NCBI GenBank assembly: GCA_034520965.1
Contig: JAXHMY010000009.1
Coordinates: 192,001-256,000 of the forward strand
DNA length: 64,000 bases
DNA from: Spirochaetia bacterium
GTDB lineage: Bacteria > Spirochaetota > Spirochaetia > DSM-16054 > Sediminispirochaetaceae
Direction: 5' to 3'
Under the pieces are notes generated by a model. That model had not been told where the DNA came from, did no database searches, and was given only the letters and a program-made list of their open reading frames with translations. Positions 1-9,779 of this stretch are shown here, one piece after another (the first letter of the stretch is position 1; each line of letters starts with the position of its first letter). A program made the position numbers and the translations under genes.

Positions 1-2
1 GG

Positions 3-590
3 GTAGCTGCCCTGCTGGATACTCTTCTTCTGGCAGTGGAGAGTTATTTCTCCAGAAATGCAACCTTTCTCTCCGAGACCCTTTCCTTGCGTGCTATCGG
101 AGTTGCAATTAATAATATGACCGCCCATCAACAGACTCCGGATGCGAGCGAGACCCTGTTTCAGTCTCAGCAGGCCGGATTTTTTGCAGGCCTCGGACTG
201 TCGATGAGTGCTCCCGGCTGGGGGACTGCCGCCGCTTACACCCTCGGACGGCTGGTTCACGTCCCACAGCCGATTATTGCCACCATTTTACTGCCCTACG
301 TACTGGAATATGGACTTAAGGTGTGTCCGGAGAAGGTGGCCAGAATGGGCAATATCCTGGGCGAAAACCTAAAGGGTCTGTCGGTGGTCGCGGCGGCGGA
401 CAGGGTAGTAGAGTCCCTGCGCGCTTCCCTGGGGGTTGATCAGCTCCCCGGCCGGCTTAGCGAGGTGGGGGTGGAGGAGCAGCACCTCTCTCAGACCGCT
501 GCCAAACTGTTGGAAGTGCCCTTTTTAGAGGCCCTGCCGGAGCCGGTTTCGAGTCAGGAACTGTTCACTTTTCTTAAAGATGCTCTTTAA
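3..590 (+). CDS. Iron-containing alcohol dehydrogenase family protein, C-terminal part (5' truncated by window)
   Basis: Frame open from position 3 (VAALLDTLLLAVESYFSRNAT); 'ILLPYVLEY' and 'LPGRLSEVGV' resemble the Fe-ADH C-terminus. The metal-binding His residues appear degenerate. Confidence 0.65.
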   Translation, partial: VAALLDTLLLAVESYFSRNATFLSETLSLRAIGVAINNMTAHQQTPDASETLFQSQQAGFFAGLGLSMSAPGWGTAAAYTLGRLVHVPQPIIATILLPYVLEYGLKVCPEKVARMGNILGENLKGLSVVAAADRVVESLRASLGVDQLPGRLSEVGVEEQHLSQTAAKLLEVPFLEALPEPVSSQELFTFLKDAL

Positions 591-657
591 TTCATCACTC
601 CCACGCCCGCGGGGCTCCATAAAAGATAACCCCAGAAAAGATAAATAGAGAGGATAG

Positions 658-1443
658 ATGATTACCCTGCAAAAGCTCAGATCCCTCCCTCCGAAAACAA
701 GGGTACGCAAAATTATCACTATGCTTGAAGAGTTGGAGACCCAGCTGCTCCGAGGTGAGAGTCCGGACCGGTACTATATCCGGCAGGTACTCAAGCTGCT
801 GGAAGGCGAGGAGAAGCTTCTCAGCCCTGAATTACGGGCAGAAGTCGGCCGGTTAATTCAGCTGCCGATCGAACACTCGGAAGCTTTTCTTCACAGCCTG
901 CATAATGTGCGCTACGGGGTTATGGCTGCCCTGGGAATAGTTCCGGCGGACTGGGATTTCTTTGACCCTGAAAGCGGACTGCTCTCACGTTCACGAGGGA
1001 CGATTCTGCCGATTTCCCTGTATCTGGACGAAATCCGTTCTCCCTACAATGTGGGCTCCATTTTTCGTACTGCCGAGGCTTTTGGGGTGAGGCAGCTGTA
1101 CCTCTCACAATTTACCGCCGATGCAGAACATAAGCGGGCCCTGCGAACCTCGATGGGAGCTACCAGCGTTGTTCCGTGGAGGAGGGAAACCTTGGAAGTG
1201 GTGGCGGAAAGTCAGCCGGTATTTGCACTAGAGCTGGGAGGCACAGATATCGAGGAGTTTTTCTTTCCCTCCGAGGGAGTGGCGGTGCTTGGCTCGGAGG
1301 AATTGGGGATCAGCCCCGAGGCGCGGCGCATAGCTGAGCAGAGTGCCGGTATTGTTTCAATATCTCTGCGGGGGGCTAAGGGTTCGCTGAATGTGGCCGC
1401 CGCCTGTAGTATACTTCTGCAGGCCTGGCAGCGTAATTTCTAG
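658..1443 (+). CDS. TrmH/SpoU family RNA 2'-O-methyltransferase
   Basis: SPOUT motifs 'LDEIRSPYNVGSIFRTAEAFG', 'VLGSEELGIS', 'SLNVAAA'; GAGAGGA RBS. Confidence 0.9.
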   Translation: MITLQKLRSLPPKTRVRKIITMLEELETQLLRGESPDRYYIRQVLKLLEGEEKLLSPELRAEVGRLIQLPIEHSEAFLHSLHNVRYGVMAALGIVPADWDFFDPESGLLSRSRGTILPISLYLDEIRSPYNVGSIFRTAEAFGVRQLYLSQFTADAEHKRALRTSMGATSVVPWRRETLEVVAESQPVFALELGGTDIEEFFFPSEGVAVLGSEELGISPEARRIAEQSAGIVSISLRGAKGSLNVAAACSILLQAWQRNF

Positions 1444-1461
1444 GGCTTGTCTATCGCTTGT

Positions 1462-1782
1462 TCAGCTCCCGCGGGAAGCTATGCGGACCGTGTTCCACTT
1501 CAAAAAACTAAAGTAGGTTTTGTCCTGGTATTCCCAAATCTTTACACTCCGTCCGGCAGCCAGCTTTTCCAAAAGTTCGTTCATTATGTCCAGAACGGTC
1601 TCCGGCGCTCCGGCTTCCTTTCCGATGATAATTTCCCGGGGCAGCAGAGCTGCTGTCTCGCGGGCAGGCAGATATCCGTCTATTTCAGTTGCGTCTACGC
1701 TGTGGCGCAGCCTGGCGCAGACATGCATTTTCTGCTGTTCTACCTCTACTCCTATGCGCGTGACTGTATATACTGGTTTCAT
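1462..1782 (-). CDS. Hypothetical protein (~106 aa)
   Basis: Start moved to MKPVYTV (ATG 1782) after an AAAAGGGG RBS; protein-like composition. Confidence 0.6.
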   Translation of the reverse strand: MKPVYTVTRIGVEVEQQKMHVCARLRHSVDATEIDGYLPARETAALLPREIIIGKEAGAPETVLDIMNELLEKLAAGRSVKIWEYQDKTYFSFLKWNTVRIASRGS

Positions 1783-1871
1783 TCGTGGCCCCCTTTTTAC
1801 ATAAGGACAGTCAAAGAGTCCTGACTGCTTCAAACTGATAGGGTATACAATGAAAAAACACAGAAATACAC

Positions 1872-1905
1872 AAAAAAACACCGCAGAATAAAATATTCTG
1901 CGGTG
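1872..1905 (-). terminator. Intrinsic terminator after the glutaredoxin gene
   Basis: Perfect 12-bp stem caccgcagaata/tattctgcggtg (1879-1905), followed by a U-tract on the minus strand. Confidence 0.8.
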
Positions 1906-1935
1906 AAAATAAGGATTAGGGGGTATATATAGAAA

Positions 1936-2166
1936 TTAGCGATGCAATGCCCGCTCAATTTCCGGTTGGTTAAAGCCAACTATAACGCGTCCATGTATAT
2001 CAATCACAGGAACGCCCATTTGGCCCGACTTTTTCATCATTTCATCAGCCTTAGCTTGATTAGTTGCGACATTGTATTCAGTAAATTGTACTTTTCTTTC
2101 CCGTAAATACTCTTTTGCCTTTCTACAATAGGCGCATGTGGGAGTTGAATAGAGAGCAACTGCCAT
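1936..2166 (-). CDS. Glutaredoxin-like protein (YruB/NrdH type)
   Basis: 'YSTPTCAYC' CxxC, 'GQMGVPVIDI' cis-Pro motif, 'IVGFN'; GGAGG RBS. Confidence 0.92.
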   Translation of the reverse strand: MAVALYSTPTCAYCRKAKEYLRERKVQFTEYNVATNQAKADEMMKKSGQMGVPVIDIHGRVIVGFNQPEIERALHR

Positions 2167-2244
2167 TATGTACCTCCGTTATATCTATTAAACTATTATT
2201 GTATAAAGAATATAATATATAGATATAAGGAAGTCAATAATATC

Positions 2245-3732
2245 TTACATGCTTTCTCGTTTGGTTGCTTCGTGGTCAAAGGCGCGGGACAGCCGTTCAA
2301 TAATTACCTTAACCTGCTCTTCATTCTTAATCCCGTAGCTGCGGAGGACCCCCATATTCAGCTGCTCATAGGAAATCTCCCCGTCCTCAATGTTTGCCAG
2401 GGCGTTTGCCAGGTACACGGTATAGACTACGTCCCGCATGGCAGGATCGCAGTTCGCCGGCTCGTGGTGGTAGCGGATTGCTTCGATTAGGGTGGGTGGA
2501 AAGTTCCACTTTTCAGCTATTCGCCCGCCTATTTCAGCGTGGTTTAAGCCGGCGGAGAGATCTTCAAACATTTCCCGGTCTATTCCGCGCTTTTCACAGA
2601 AGCTGGATATTTTCTCCAGCAACTGAGGGTGTACCTCGGAAAAGATAATTTTACCCATATCGTGGAGGATTCCGCCCACGTAGGCATCATCCAGAAGGTC
2701 CTTTTTACGCTTAAAATTTTTGGCAAGGTTGTAGGCATAGAAAGCGGTTTTATAGGAGTGGTTCCACAGCCATTTCATCTGCTGGTTCAATATTTGCTGG
2801 GTTCCGTAGGAGTAGAGCAAATTCTTCAAGCCCCGCAGTCCAACCAACTTTACGGCCTCTACTATATTATCCACCCGTTTGGGAAGCATAAACTGTGCGG
2901 AATTGACGACTTTTAATAAATCTGCAGTTAGGGAAGGGTCGGTACTGATGTCCCGAGCGATATCGCTGATTTCTGAATCCGGGTCGTTGATTAGTTTCTG
3001 AAGATGGATGATATTGTCGGGAAACTGGGGTAGCTCATTGATTTCGTTTACAATTTCTTCGCTGAGGATATCGATGCTCTCTGCATGTACTTCAGAGAAG
3101 GGTATGGTAATTCGGGCGATGGTCTCCCCGTTTTCTACGTCGATGTCAAAGGAATCCTCGTCTAAACCTATCTTCTTCAGCATAAGAACCAGAATTACAA
3201 TTCCCAGTCCGGCCCCTTCTGAATCGTCAATCACCGTGGAGAGGGCTTCTTCCATCGTCTCAAAGGCGCGGGACCGGGCAATACGGTCGTATACCCGCAT
3301 CTGCTCTTTACGGGATATTTCGGTGTTGTTTTTGATACTTAAAGTGAAGGTTTGCTGCTTTACTTGAAAGACTACCTTGATATAGAGGCCCGCCTCTTTC
3401 TGTTTTTCCAGGTAATGGTTGATATTCGACAGAGTATCATCCTTAAAACTGCGCATCCCCTCTTCGTATTCTTTCGGATCGCTTAAATCGAGCTCCCTTT
3501 CTTGAAAGTACACCCGTTTCGTATTAGCCTTTTTGGCGTTAACCGCCAGTTCTTTCATGCAGTAGGCAATTCGGTCCTTCAGATGATCCTGACCAAATTC
3601 ACCCAGAAAATATGCAAGTATTTCTTCTAGATATTCCTCGGTCTCATGGGGGAGGGTATAGGTTTTTATTGCTAATGGAACTGAACCTCGAATAGCTTTT
3701 TTTACTTGTTCTGTATTTACCGCTGGAGCCAT
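2245..3732 (-). CDS. HDOD-domain signal-transduction protein with N-terminal HATPase-like region
   Basis: HDOD motifs 'ELPQFP', 'DPSLTADLLKVVNSA', 'GILHDMGK', 'HAEIGGRIAEKWNFP', 'IRYHHEP'; N-terminal 'ELAVNA...GAGLG'. Start set at ATG 3732. Confidence 0.85.
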   Translation of the reverse strand: MAPAVNTEQVKKAIRGSVPLAIKTYTLPHETEEYLEEILAYFLGEFGQDHLKDRIAYCMKELAVNAKKANTKRVYFQERELDLSDPKEYEEGMRSFKDDTLSNINHYLEKQKEAGLYIKVVFQVKQQTFTLSIKNNTEISRKEQMRVYDRIARSRAFETMEEALSTVIDDSEGAGLGIVILVLMLKKIGLDEDSFDIDVENGETIARITIPFSEVHAESIDILSEEIVNEINELPQFPDNIIHLQKLINDPDSEISDIARDISTDPSLTADLLKVVNSAQFMLPKRVDNIVEAVKLVGLRGLKNLLYSYGTQQILNQQMKWLWNHSYKTAFYAYNLAKNFKRKKDLLDDAYVGGILHDMGKIIFSEVHPQLLEKISSFCEKRGIDREMFEDLSAGLNHAEIGGRIAEKWNFPPTLIEAIRYHHEPANCDPAMRDVVYTVYLANALANIEDGEISYEQLNMGVLRSYGIKNEEQVKVIIERLSRAFDHEATKRESM

Positions 3733-3810
3733 ATATACCACCTGCAATTATTTTTTTTTTATACGCTACCTATCATAAGTCTATGGAGTTGAAAGTCAAG
3801 TGAAATTATC

Positions 3811-6195
3811 TCAACCCGAATAATTTTTTACCTGATTTGCCATTTCCTTCAGGCGGTGCTCGATATGAGCGTTGATCGAATCCTTAGGAAATGCTCCCCG
3901 AGCGCTGCGGCTTCCGGAAACCTTACCGGTAAGAATCTCAAGGCCCTCATCGATAGTATTAATTGGGTAAATATGAAATTTGCCCAGTTCTATTGCCTCG
4001 CGGACATCGGCATTTACCATCACGTTGTGTCTGTTCTTCTCCGGAATAAGGACCCCCTGGCTGCCGGTAAGTCCGAAGAGTTTACACATCGAAAAAAAGC
4101 CTTCGAGCTTCTCCGATATCCCGCCAACCGGCATAATTTCTCCCATCTGGTTTACCGAACCGGTTACGGCTATTCCCTGATCAAAGGGGGTCTCACCTAC
4201 CGCCGACAGAAGTGCATATATTTCGGCCGCCGAAGCCGAATCTCCGTCGATTTCACTGTAGGACTGTTCAAAACAGAGGCTTGCATACATGGACAAGGGG
4301 AAAGAATGGGCGTACTTATTACGCAGATAGCCCTCCAGGATGAGGACCCATTTATCGTGTATCTCTCCAGACAAGCCTACCTCACGCTCGATGTTGATGA
4401 TTCCCTCATTTCCGGGGGCAACCCGGGCTGATACCACGGTGGGAAGGCCAAAACTGTAATATCCCCGATCGTGGATAGCCAAGCCGTTGATAATACCGGT
4501 CTGGGTACCGCTGAACTTCATCTGGATCTCGCCAGTGGAAATCATCTCTACCAGTTTCTCTTCCGGCAGGCCGGCCAGGTATTTGCGTTCGTACAAAGCC
4601 TTTTCAACTGCTTCGTGTCGAACCTTGGAATGACCCATTTTAGCGGCCCAGTAGCTCGATTCCCGCAGCAGGTCGGCTATTAAGGAGAATTGGGTGCTAA
4701 TTTTATCGCGTTGTTCGGCCAATAGAATTCCATGCTCAACTATCCGTGCAATTCCCCGGCTTTCAAAGGGCAGCAGGTGTTCATCGTCCTGGATCATCTT
4801 GATAAAGCCGATATAGCGGGCCAAATTATCCTGGGATAAAGGCATTACCGAATCAAACTCGGCTGAAATTTTGAAATGCTTATGAAAGTCGGTATCCTGA
4901 TTGTAGAGATTGTCGTAAAGATTTTCACTACCGACTACGATTACCTTGGTGTCGATTTTAATCGGCTGGGGCTTCATCATGGTGTACTGAAAGCTGACCA
5001 CATGTTCACTCGGTTGAATTTCCACTTGTTCGGTTTGCAGTACCCGCTTCAACTGATCCCATAAATCTTCATCCCTGAGAATATCTTGGGCGTTTAGAAT
5101 AAGAAAACCGCCGGAGGCGCGAATAAGCGATCCGGCCTTTATCATCATGAAGGTGCTGCGGCTCTGTCCGTTCAGGTCGAGTCGGCTCTCAATCGTACCA
5201 AACAGGTTGGTGTTTGTTGGATGGTGTTCAAAGATAATCGGCACCTGTTGGGCGGTACTGTTATCAACCAGCACATTTACGCCGTAGCGAACCAATGCGG
5301 GGTTGCCCCCCTCATCGTTGGGCTGTTCACGCAAAAAAAGGAACAAATGGTGGACAATATCAGTTTTAAGTGCATCGAGGTATGTGCTGACGGAGGGCGC
5401 GGTATAATGTTCCTGCAGCCGTTCTACTTCCTCTTCGACTCCGGGGGTAACCGTTTCAATTTGCAAGCTCTCAAGCTCTTTCTCAAGGGCGTTGCGCCCC
5501 TCCTTCAGTTCCTGGAAGAGGCGCCGCATTTCGTCCATCAGCTGGTAATAGCGTTCACGAGTGCGGTTCCAGTAGGCATTATCAAGCTTTCCTGCCTGTA
5601 CCAGCTGCTGCAGTTCCTCAAAATCCACAGCTTCGCCATTATACAGTGGAACTATATCCGTAGAATCGTTGTCTTCCTCATGGATGTGGACCAGCTTAAA
5701 GCCTTCCGAATGCAATTTTTCTTCGAAATCGGTCAGCGCCCGGTTCTCTTCCTGGTCAATCATACCAATCAGGCGGTCACGCTCCTGCTTATACGTGTCG
5801 CTGTCAAGCTTCTTACGGATAAGACCCTTCATGTCCTCTACCAGTTGGTGCACAGCATGTTTGAAGGTCTTGCCCTCTCCCTGCGGAAGGTAGAGCACCT
5901 GGGGATAATCGGGTTCGGTGAAGTTATATACAAAAACAGTGTCCGATAGGGGCATATCCTTTGACTGGTAGTGGGAGAGTACTTTTTTTATTGAAGTTGT
6001 ACGCCCAGTTCCTGATTGGCCGGTTACAAATATATTGTATCCCCGCGCCCTGATCTCAGTGCCTATCTGCAGAGCTCTGAGAGCCCGGGGCTGGCCGATC
6101 ACATCGGGGAGCTCAATAGTTTTCTGTAATTCTTCAATTTCATTCACATCGATTGATATCGATATTTGATCGGCAGGCAATTCACGATGTTCCAT
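3811..6195 (-). CDS. LonB-like ATP-dependent protease (S16 family, AAA_32 type)
   Basis: 'IGQPRALRAL', Walker-A-like 'GQSGTGRT', 'KAGSLIRASGGFLIL', catalytic Ser 'DGDSAS' and Lys 'GGISEK'. Confidence 0.92.
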   Translation of the reverse strand: MEHRELPADQISISIDVNEIEELQKTIELPDVIGQPRALRALQIGTEIRARGYNIFVTGQSGTGRTTSIKKVLSHYQSKDMPLSDTVFVYNFTEPDYPQVLYLPQGEGKTFKHAVHQLVEDMKGLIRKKLDSDTYKQERDRLIGMIDQEENRALTDFEEKLHSEGFKLVHIHEEDNDSTDIVPLYNGEAVDFEELQQLVQAGKLDNAYWNRTRERYYQLMDEMRRLFQELKEGRNALEKELESLQIETVTPGVEEEVERLQEHYTAPSVSTYLDALKTDIVHHLFLFLREQPNDEGGNPALVRYGVNVLVDNSTAQQVPIIFEHHPTNTNLFGTIESRLDLNGQSRSTFMMIKAGSLIRASGGFLILNAQDILRDEDLWDQLKRVLQTEQVEIQPSEHVVSFQYTMMKPQPIKIDTKVIVVGSENLYDNLYNQDTDFHKHFKISAEFDSVMPLSQDNLARYIGFIKMIQDDEHLLPFESRGIARIVEHGILLAEQRDKISTQFSLIADLLRESSYWAAKMGHSKVRHEAVEKALYERKYLAGLPEEKLVEMISTGEIQMKFSGTQTGIINGLAIHDRGYYSFGLPTVVSARVAPGNEGIINIEREVGLSGEIHDKWVLILEGYLRNKYAHSFPLSMYASLCFEQSYSEIDGDSASAAEIYALLSAVGETPFDQGIAVTGSVNQMGEIMPVGGISEKLEGFFSMCKLFGLTGSQGVLIPEKNRHNVMVNADVREAIELGKFHIYPINTIDEGLEILTGKVSGSRSARGAFPKDSINAHIEHRLKEMANQVKNYSG

Positions 6196-6261
6196 TATTA
6201 CTCCGTAGGTTCAACTATAGAGAGGCGGTCAAGCGCTTGTCAAGCGGAGCTGCCTGAGGTC

Positions 6262-6289
6262 TTGAAAATTATAGCTACCCTACTATAAT
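6262..6289 (+). promoter_or_regulatory. Sigma70 promoter, probably leaderless transcript of the nif3-lspA operon
   Basis: TTGAAA(6262-6267)-N16-TATAAT(6284-6289), then 6 nt to ATG 6296. Confidence 0.55.
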
Positions 6290-6295
6290 GGAGCA

Positions 6296-7057
6296 ATGAA
6301 ATTACGTGAAGTAGTACAGTATTTTAATTCACTTTTACCCCTCGAAGATGTGGCTCACAGCGATTATTCTTTAAATGGACTTCAGGTGGGGGACCTGGAT
6401 GGCGAGGTTGAAAAAGTTGCCTTTGCAGTTGATGCTTGTATGGCTAGTTTTCAGCGGGCCGGGATGGCCGGTGCGCAGCTGCTATGTGTGCATCATGGTC
6501 TGTTCTGGGGCAAACCATTAGCAGTGACAGGGGCACACTATCGTCGTATGAAGTACCTGCTGGATGAAGGCTTGGCACTGTATGCAGCCCACCTTCCCCT
6601 TGATATGCAGCCGGAACTGGGCAACAATGCCGGCCTTGCCGATGCCCTGGGGCTTGAGCAGCGAAAGCCTTTTGGCGATTACCACGGGGTGCAGATTGGT
6701 GTACAGGGAATACTGCCCTCTGAGCTGAGCCTTGAACAGGTGCTGGCTAAGCTTGAATTAAGCAGCGAGAGTGCACTGGGGGTACTGCCCTTCGGTCCCG
6801 ATAAGATTAAAAGTGTGGGAATTATCTCAGGCGGTGCCGATAAAGAGGTGGGACAGGCGCTGCGGGATGAACTAGATTTGTATATTACCGGCGAACTGAA
6901 CCATCAGGTATATCACACCTGTCTGGAAGGCGGAATTAACCTGTTATCCGCGGGCCACTATTTTACCGAAACATACGGAGTACAGAATTTGATGAAAAAA
7001 ATGAATACAGACACCGGCTTGGAAACAATCTTTATAGATGTGCCGACGGGCTTATAA
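6296..7057 (+). CDS. Nif3-like dinuclear metal center protein (YbgI/DUF34)
   Basis: 'NGLQV', 'VHHGLFW', 'LYAAHLPLD', 'YITGE', 'AGHYFTE'. Confidence 0.95.
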   Translation: MKLREVVQYFNSLLPLEDVAHSDYSLNGLQVGDLDGEVEKVAFAVDACMASFQRAGMAGAQLLCVHHGLFWGKPLAVTGAHYRRMKYLLDEGLALYAAHLPLDMQPELGNNAGLADALGLEQRKPFGDYHGVQIGVQGILPSELSLEQVLAKLELSSESALGVLPFGPDKIKSVGIISGGADKEVGQALRDELDLYITGELNHQVYHTCLEGGINLLSAGHYFTETYGVQNLMKKMNTDTGLETIFIDVPTGL

Positions 7058-7059
7058 GC

Positions 7060-7590
7060 ATGGAAGCAACCCTGCCGTTGCATAAGCTTCGCACACAACT
7101 GCGTCCACTATGGTTGTCTTTGGCTATCATTGTGGCCGATCAAGTCAGTAAAGCCCTGATTGTAGCCACTATTCCGCTGCACAGCATTGGAGCCGTTTTT
7201 TTTGATGGGTTTCTACGTATTATCCATACACGGAACTTGGCAATCGCTTTCAGCATTGGCCGCTCCCTTTCACAGCAGGTGCGTACCGTATTGTTTATCA
7301 TTCTCCCGCTCATTTTGCTGGTGATGCTGGTTATATATTTTATTAAAACCGACGACTTTACCCGGCTGCAGCGCTGGGCGGTGGCCGGAATAATCGGAGG
7401 CGGGTTTGGGAATATGATCGACCGCCTCTTCCGTCCGGAGGGTGTTGTTGATTTTATCGATGTACGTTTTTACGGGCTTTTCGGTTTGGAACGCTGGCCT
7501 ACATTTAATGTGGCCGACTCATCTGTGGTTGTAGCCGGAATAGTAATGGCGGCCTCGTTTATTTTAGAAAAGGGAGAAGAAGATGAATAA
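7060..7590 (+). CDS. lspA: Lipoprotein signal peptidase II
   Basis: 'ADQVSK', 'NLAIAFS', 'GNMIDR', 'VVDFI', 'WPTFNVAD'. Confidence 0.95.
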   Translation: MEATLPLHKLRTQLRPLWLSLAIIVADQVSKALIVATIPLHSIGAVFFDGFLRIIHTRNLAIAFSIGRSLSQQVRTVLFIILPLILLVMLVIYFIKTDDFTRLQRWAVAGIIGGGFGNMIDRLFRPEGVVDFIDVRFYGLFGLERWPTFNVADSSVVVAGIVMAASFILEKGEEDE

Positions 7591-7858
7591 GAAGGTAAAT
7601 ACATTTCTGTTTATACTGGGAGCCACAATATTTAATATTATTATGATGATCCTGATTCTGGTGGTTGGGCTTGCACTGATTAGTGTGTTTGTCGGGGAGA
7701 ATATAGGTGCGGGGGCTGCCCAAATTCTTTTTTTACTGTTGTTTGTAGCTTCAATTGCGGGAGCGTTTTTTTTGTATCACCGGGCAGTGAAGCTGCTGTC
7801 GCGTAAAATTGATATGGAAAAGTACTTTCACCCGATTTTTACCCGCTTCAAAAAATAG
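7583..7858 (+). CDS. Small two-TM membrane protein, translationally coupled to lspA
   Basis: Overlaps the lspA stop; two hydrophobic helices and a basic C-terminus. Confidence 0.75.
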   Translation: MNKKVNTFLFILGATIFNIIMMILILVVGLALISVFVGENIGAGAAQILFLLLFVASIAGAFFLYHRAVKLLSRKIDMEKYFHPIFTRFKK

Positions 7859-7896
7859 CTTTAAAAGGTAGCTTCAAAAAAGTAGTGAAGTCCGGC

Positions 7897-9537
7897 TTAG
7901 TATCCGTCCGAAATGGCACGGTTTTTGTCCTTTTTGTACAGTTCGTTGTAGACGAAACCGCGGTTTTTGAGGCTGTCCTTTAGTTCCTGTGGGAAGGGCA
8001 TATAGCGCCAGAAAATACCCCGTACCTCGCGGTTCAGCTTCTGGGTGCCCTCGCTCTCCTTATTAATCCATAGCAGATAGTCCTGAATAAAATACTCTTT
8101 TACATCGCCCCGCAGCTTTTGGCTTTCGAACCACATATAGTAGTTGCCTGTCAGCCCCTCTTCCATCCAGTAATGCTGAGCTTTCTCCTTTGCCACCTGC
8201 CATCGCAGGTCGGCCATCGCAATGATTATTGCCGAGCGCAGGTCCTTGGGATACATTGGAATGGCCACACGGCCGCGGCTGGTAGCACGATTATACTTTT
8301 CAAATGGTTCCCAGCAAATCCCCCGTTCGCCGTAACAGGGAATAAGAATAATATGGGGAACTATTCGATTGACCTGCTGCTTGAAACTACGCTGAAAGAG
8401 CCCGGGATCTATACGCTCAATATCCGCCAACTGTTTGATGATGTTTTCCCGGGTACCCAATTCAAAGTCGAGGGCACGGAAGTACTGCTTCATTAGAAAG
8501 GGGATGTGATTTCCCTGTCTGCCGACACTCATTTTTACCATCTGACGGACGGAGTTAAACTCCTGCTCGATTGCCTTTGCATCGACCTGCTGAATGCTTT
8601 CTCCCAGATCATCAGCCTTGTTCTCGAGTTTCTCCAGTGTTTGGTCGGCCTCTTCTAGTTGGCGAAAGAGATATCCAAGCTCCTTGTCGATAGTAGAAAT
8701 CCGCCTTACCATCTGGTTTATCTCAGACAGGGCGCTGCGCTGTTCCGGGGTGTAGGGCGATTTAAGCCCGTAATACTCATCCATCGGTTGGTGTGAGGCA
8801 AGGCCGGCGGCTTTTGACTTGAGAAGCTCTTCGGCCGATTCGAGTTCGGTCATCTTGGATTTTATCTGTCCAATTTGAACGTCCCGGTTTCCCCGTGCCT
8901 TTTCTGCCTGCATTTGGATCCGGCCGCCGCGGTCCTTTTGAGATACCCGCACTTCATCCTGCATCGACTGACCGATTTGCCCCATGGCGACTTTGTACAG
9001 CCACTCATCTATATAATGGATAGGTTCGCCGGTATAGTTCTCGTCGATAATCCGGGCCAGCATATCACGCTGTTCTTTTGAGACTGCTGTGGGTAAGAGA
9101 TATCCGTAGCGCAGCATATAACGCTTTGGTGCAGGCAGTTTTGTGTGAATTTTCGAGGCAATTGATGCAGCCAGGTTCCAATACGCTGAGATTAGCTTAT
9201 TACGGTACAGGGATCGCTCTTTCGGGTCCTGTACATTCAGAAACTTTGCCAGTAGTGAGTGAACCCGTTGAGCCGGTTCACCCTCGCCGGATAAGGCCTG
9301 CTTATAATAATCGGTGGATGAGAACAGGGGATTCGGGGTGTCTTTAAAGAACTTTTCAATTTTAGGGAAGCTGCTTTTATTTAGATCTATTTCCTGTGCC
9401 GACGGCGGGAGTTTATCAGCTTTTGCTTCACCGAATAGATCGGTAAAATCAGGAGTTTCCTCGTTGTCTTCCTCGTCGATTCCCATCAACTCGGCGACTT
9501 CAGGATCAATATCTCCCGAAAAAGATTGGTCACTCAA
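7897..9537 (-). CDS. Hypothetical protein with central coiled coil (546 aa)
   Basis: Long clean ORF; acidic N-terminus, heptad-rich middle, aromatic-rich C-terminal domain; no family recognised. Confidence 0.8.
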   Translation of the reverse strand: MSDQSFSGDIDPEVAELMGIDEEDNEETPDFTDLFGEAKADKLPPSAQEIDLNKSSFPKIEKFFKDTPNPLFSSTDYYKQALSGEGEPAQRVHSLLAKFLNVQDPKERSLYRNKLISAYWNLAASIASKIHTKLPAPKRYMLRYGYLLPTAVSKEQRDMLARIIDENYTGEPIHYIDEWLYKVAMGQIGQSMQDEVRVSQKDRGGRIQMQAEKARGNRDVQIGQIKSKMTELESAEELLKSKAAGLASHQPMDEYYGLKSPYTPEQRSALSEINQMVRRISTIDKELGYLFRQLEEADQTLEKLENKADDLGESIQQVDAKAIEQEFNSVRQMVKMSVGRQGNHIPFLMKQYFRALDFELGTRENIIKQLADIERIDPGLFQRSFKQQVNRIVPHIILIPCYGERGICWEPFEKYNRATSRGRVAIPMYPKDLRSAIIIAMADLRWQVAKEKAQHYWMEEGLTGNYYMWFESQKLRGDVKEYFIQDYLLWINKESEGTQKLNREVRGIFWRYMPFPQELKDSLKNRGFVYNELYKKDKNRAISDGY

Positions 9538-9574
9538 AACTTTTCCCTATCAAGAAAATAGCCGTATCCTGCTA

Positions 9575-9614
9575 TTTCGTCGTTTCGGTTGCCGCTGCGC
9601 GGCATGCAAAACTA
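9575..9614. repeat. REP-like 40-bp dispersed element, copy 1
   Basis: 34/40 identical to 30081-30120; internal stem tgccgc-NNN-gcggca. Confidence 0.7.
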
Positions 9615-9630
9615 TAAAAAAAAAAGGTAG

Positions 9631-9704
9631 TGGAGGTGGTGGGAATCGAACCCATGACCTCGTGAATGCCATTCACGCGCTCTAGCCAACTGAGCTACAC
9701 CCCC
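9631..9704 (-). tRNA. tRNA-Ala (anticodon GGC)
   Basis: Cloverleaf GGGGGTG..CACCTCC-A with the G3:U70 Ala determinant; anticodon arm CGTGA-ATGGCAT-TCACG; TTCGA T-loop; CCA not encoded; TTGACA-N17-TATATT promoter upstream. Confidence 0.97.
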
Positions 9705-9779
9705 ACGACATTGTGTAAAAAATATACCTATTACCTCCCGATCTGTCAATAGTGCGGGGTAAAAAGCAGATAGGTGCCA

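Noticed and set aside
9631..9704. tRNA-Ala as an island integration site
   Set aside because: No integrase nearby and no duplicated tRNA 3' end seen in the window.
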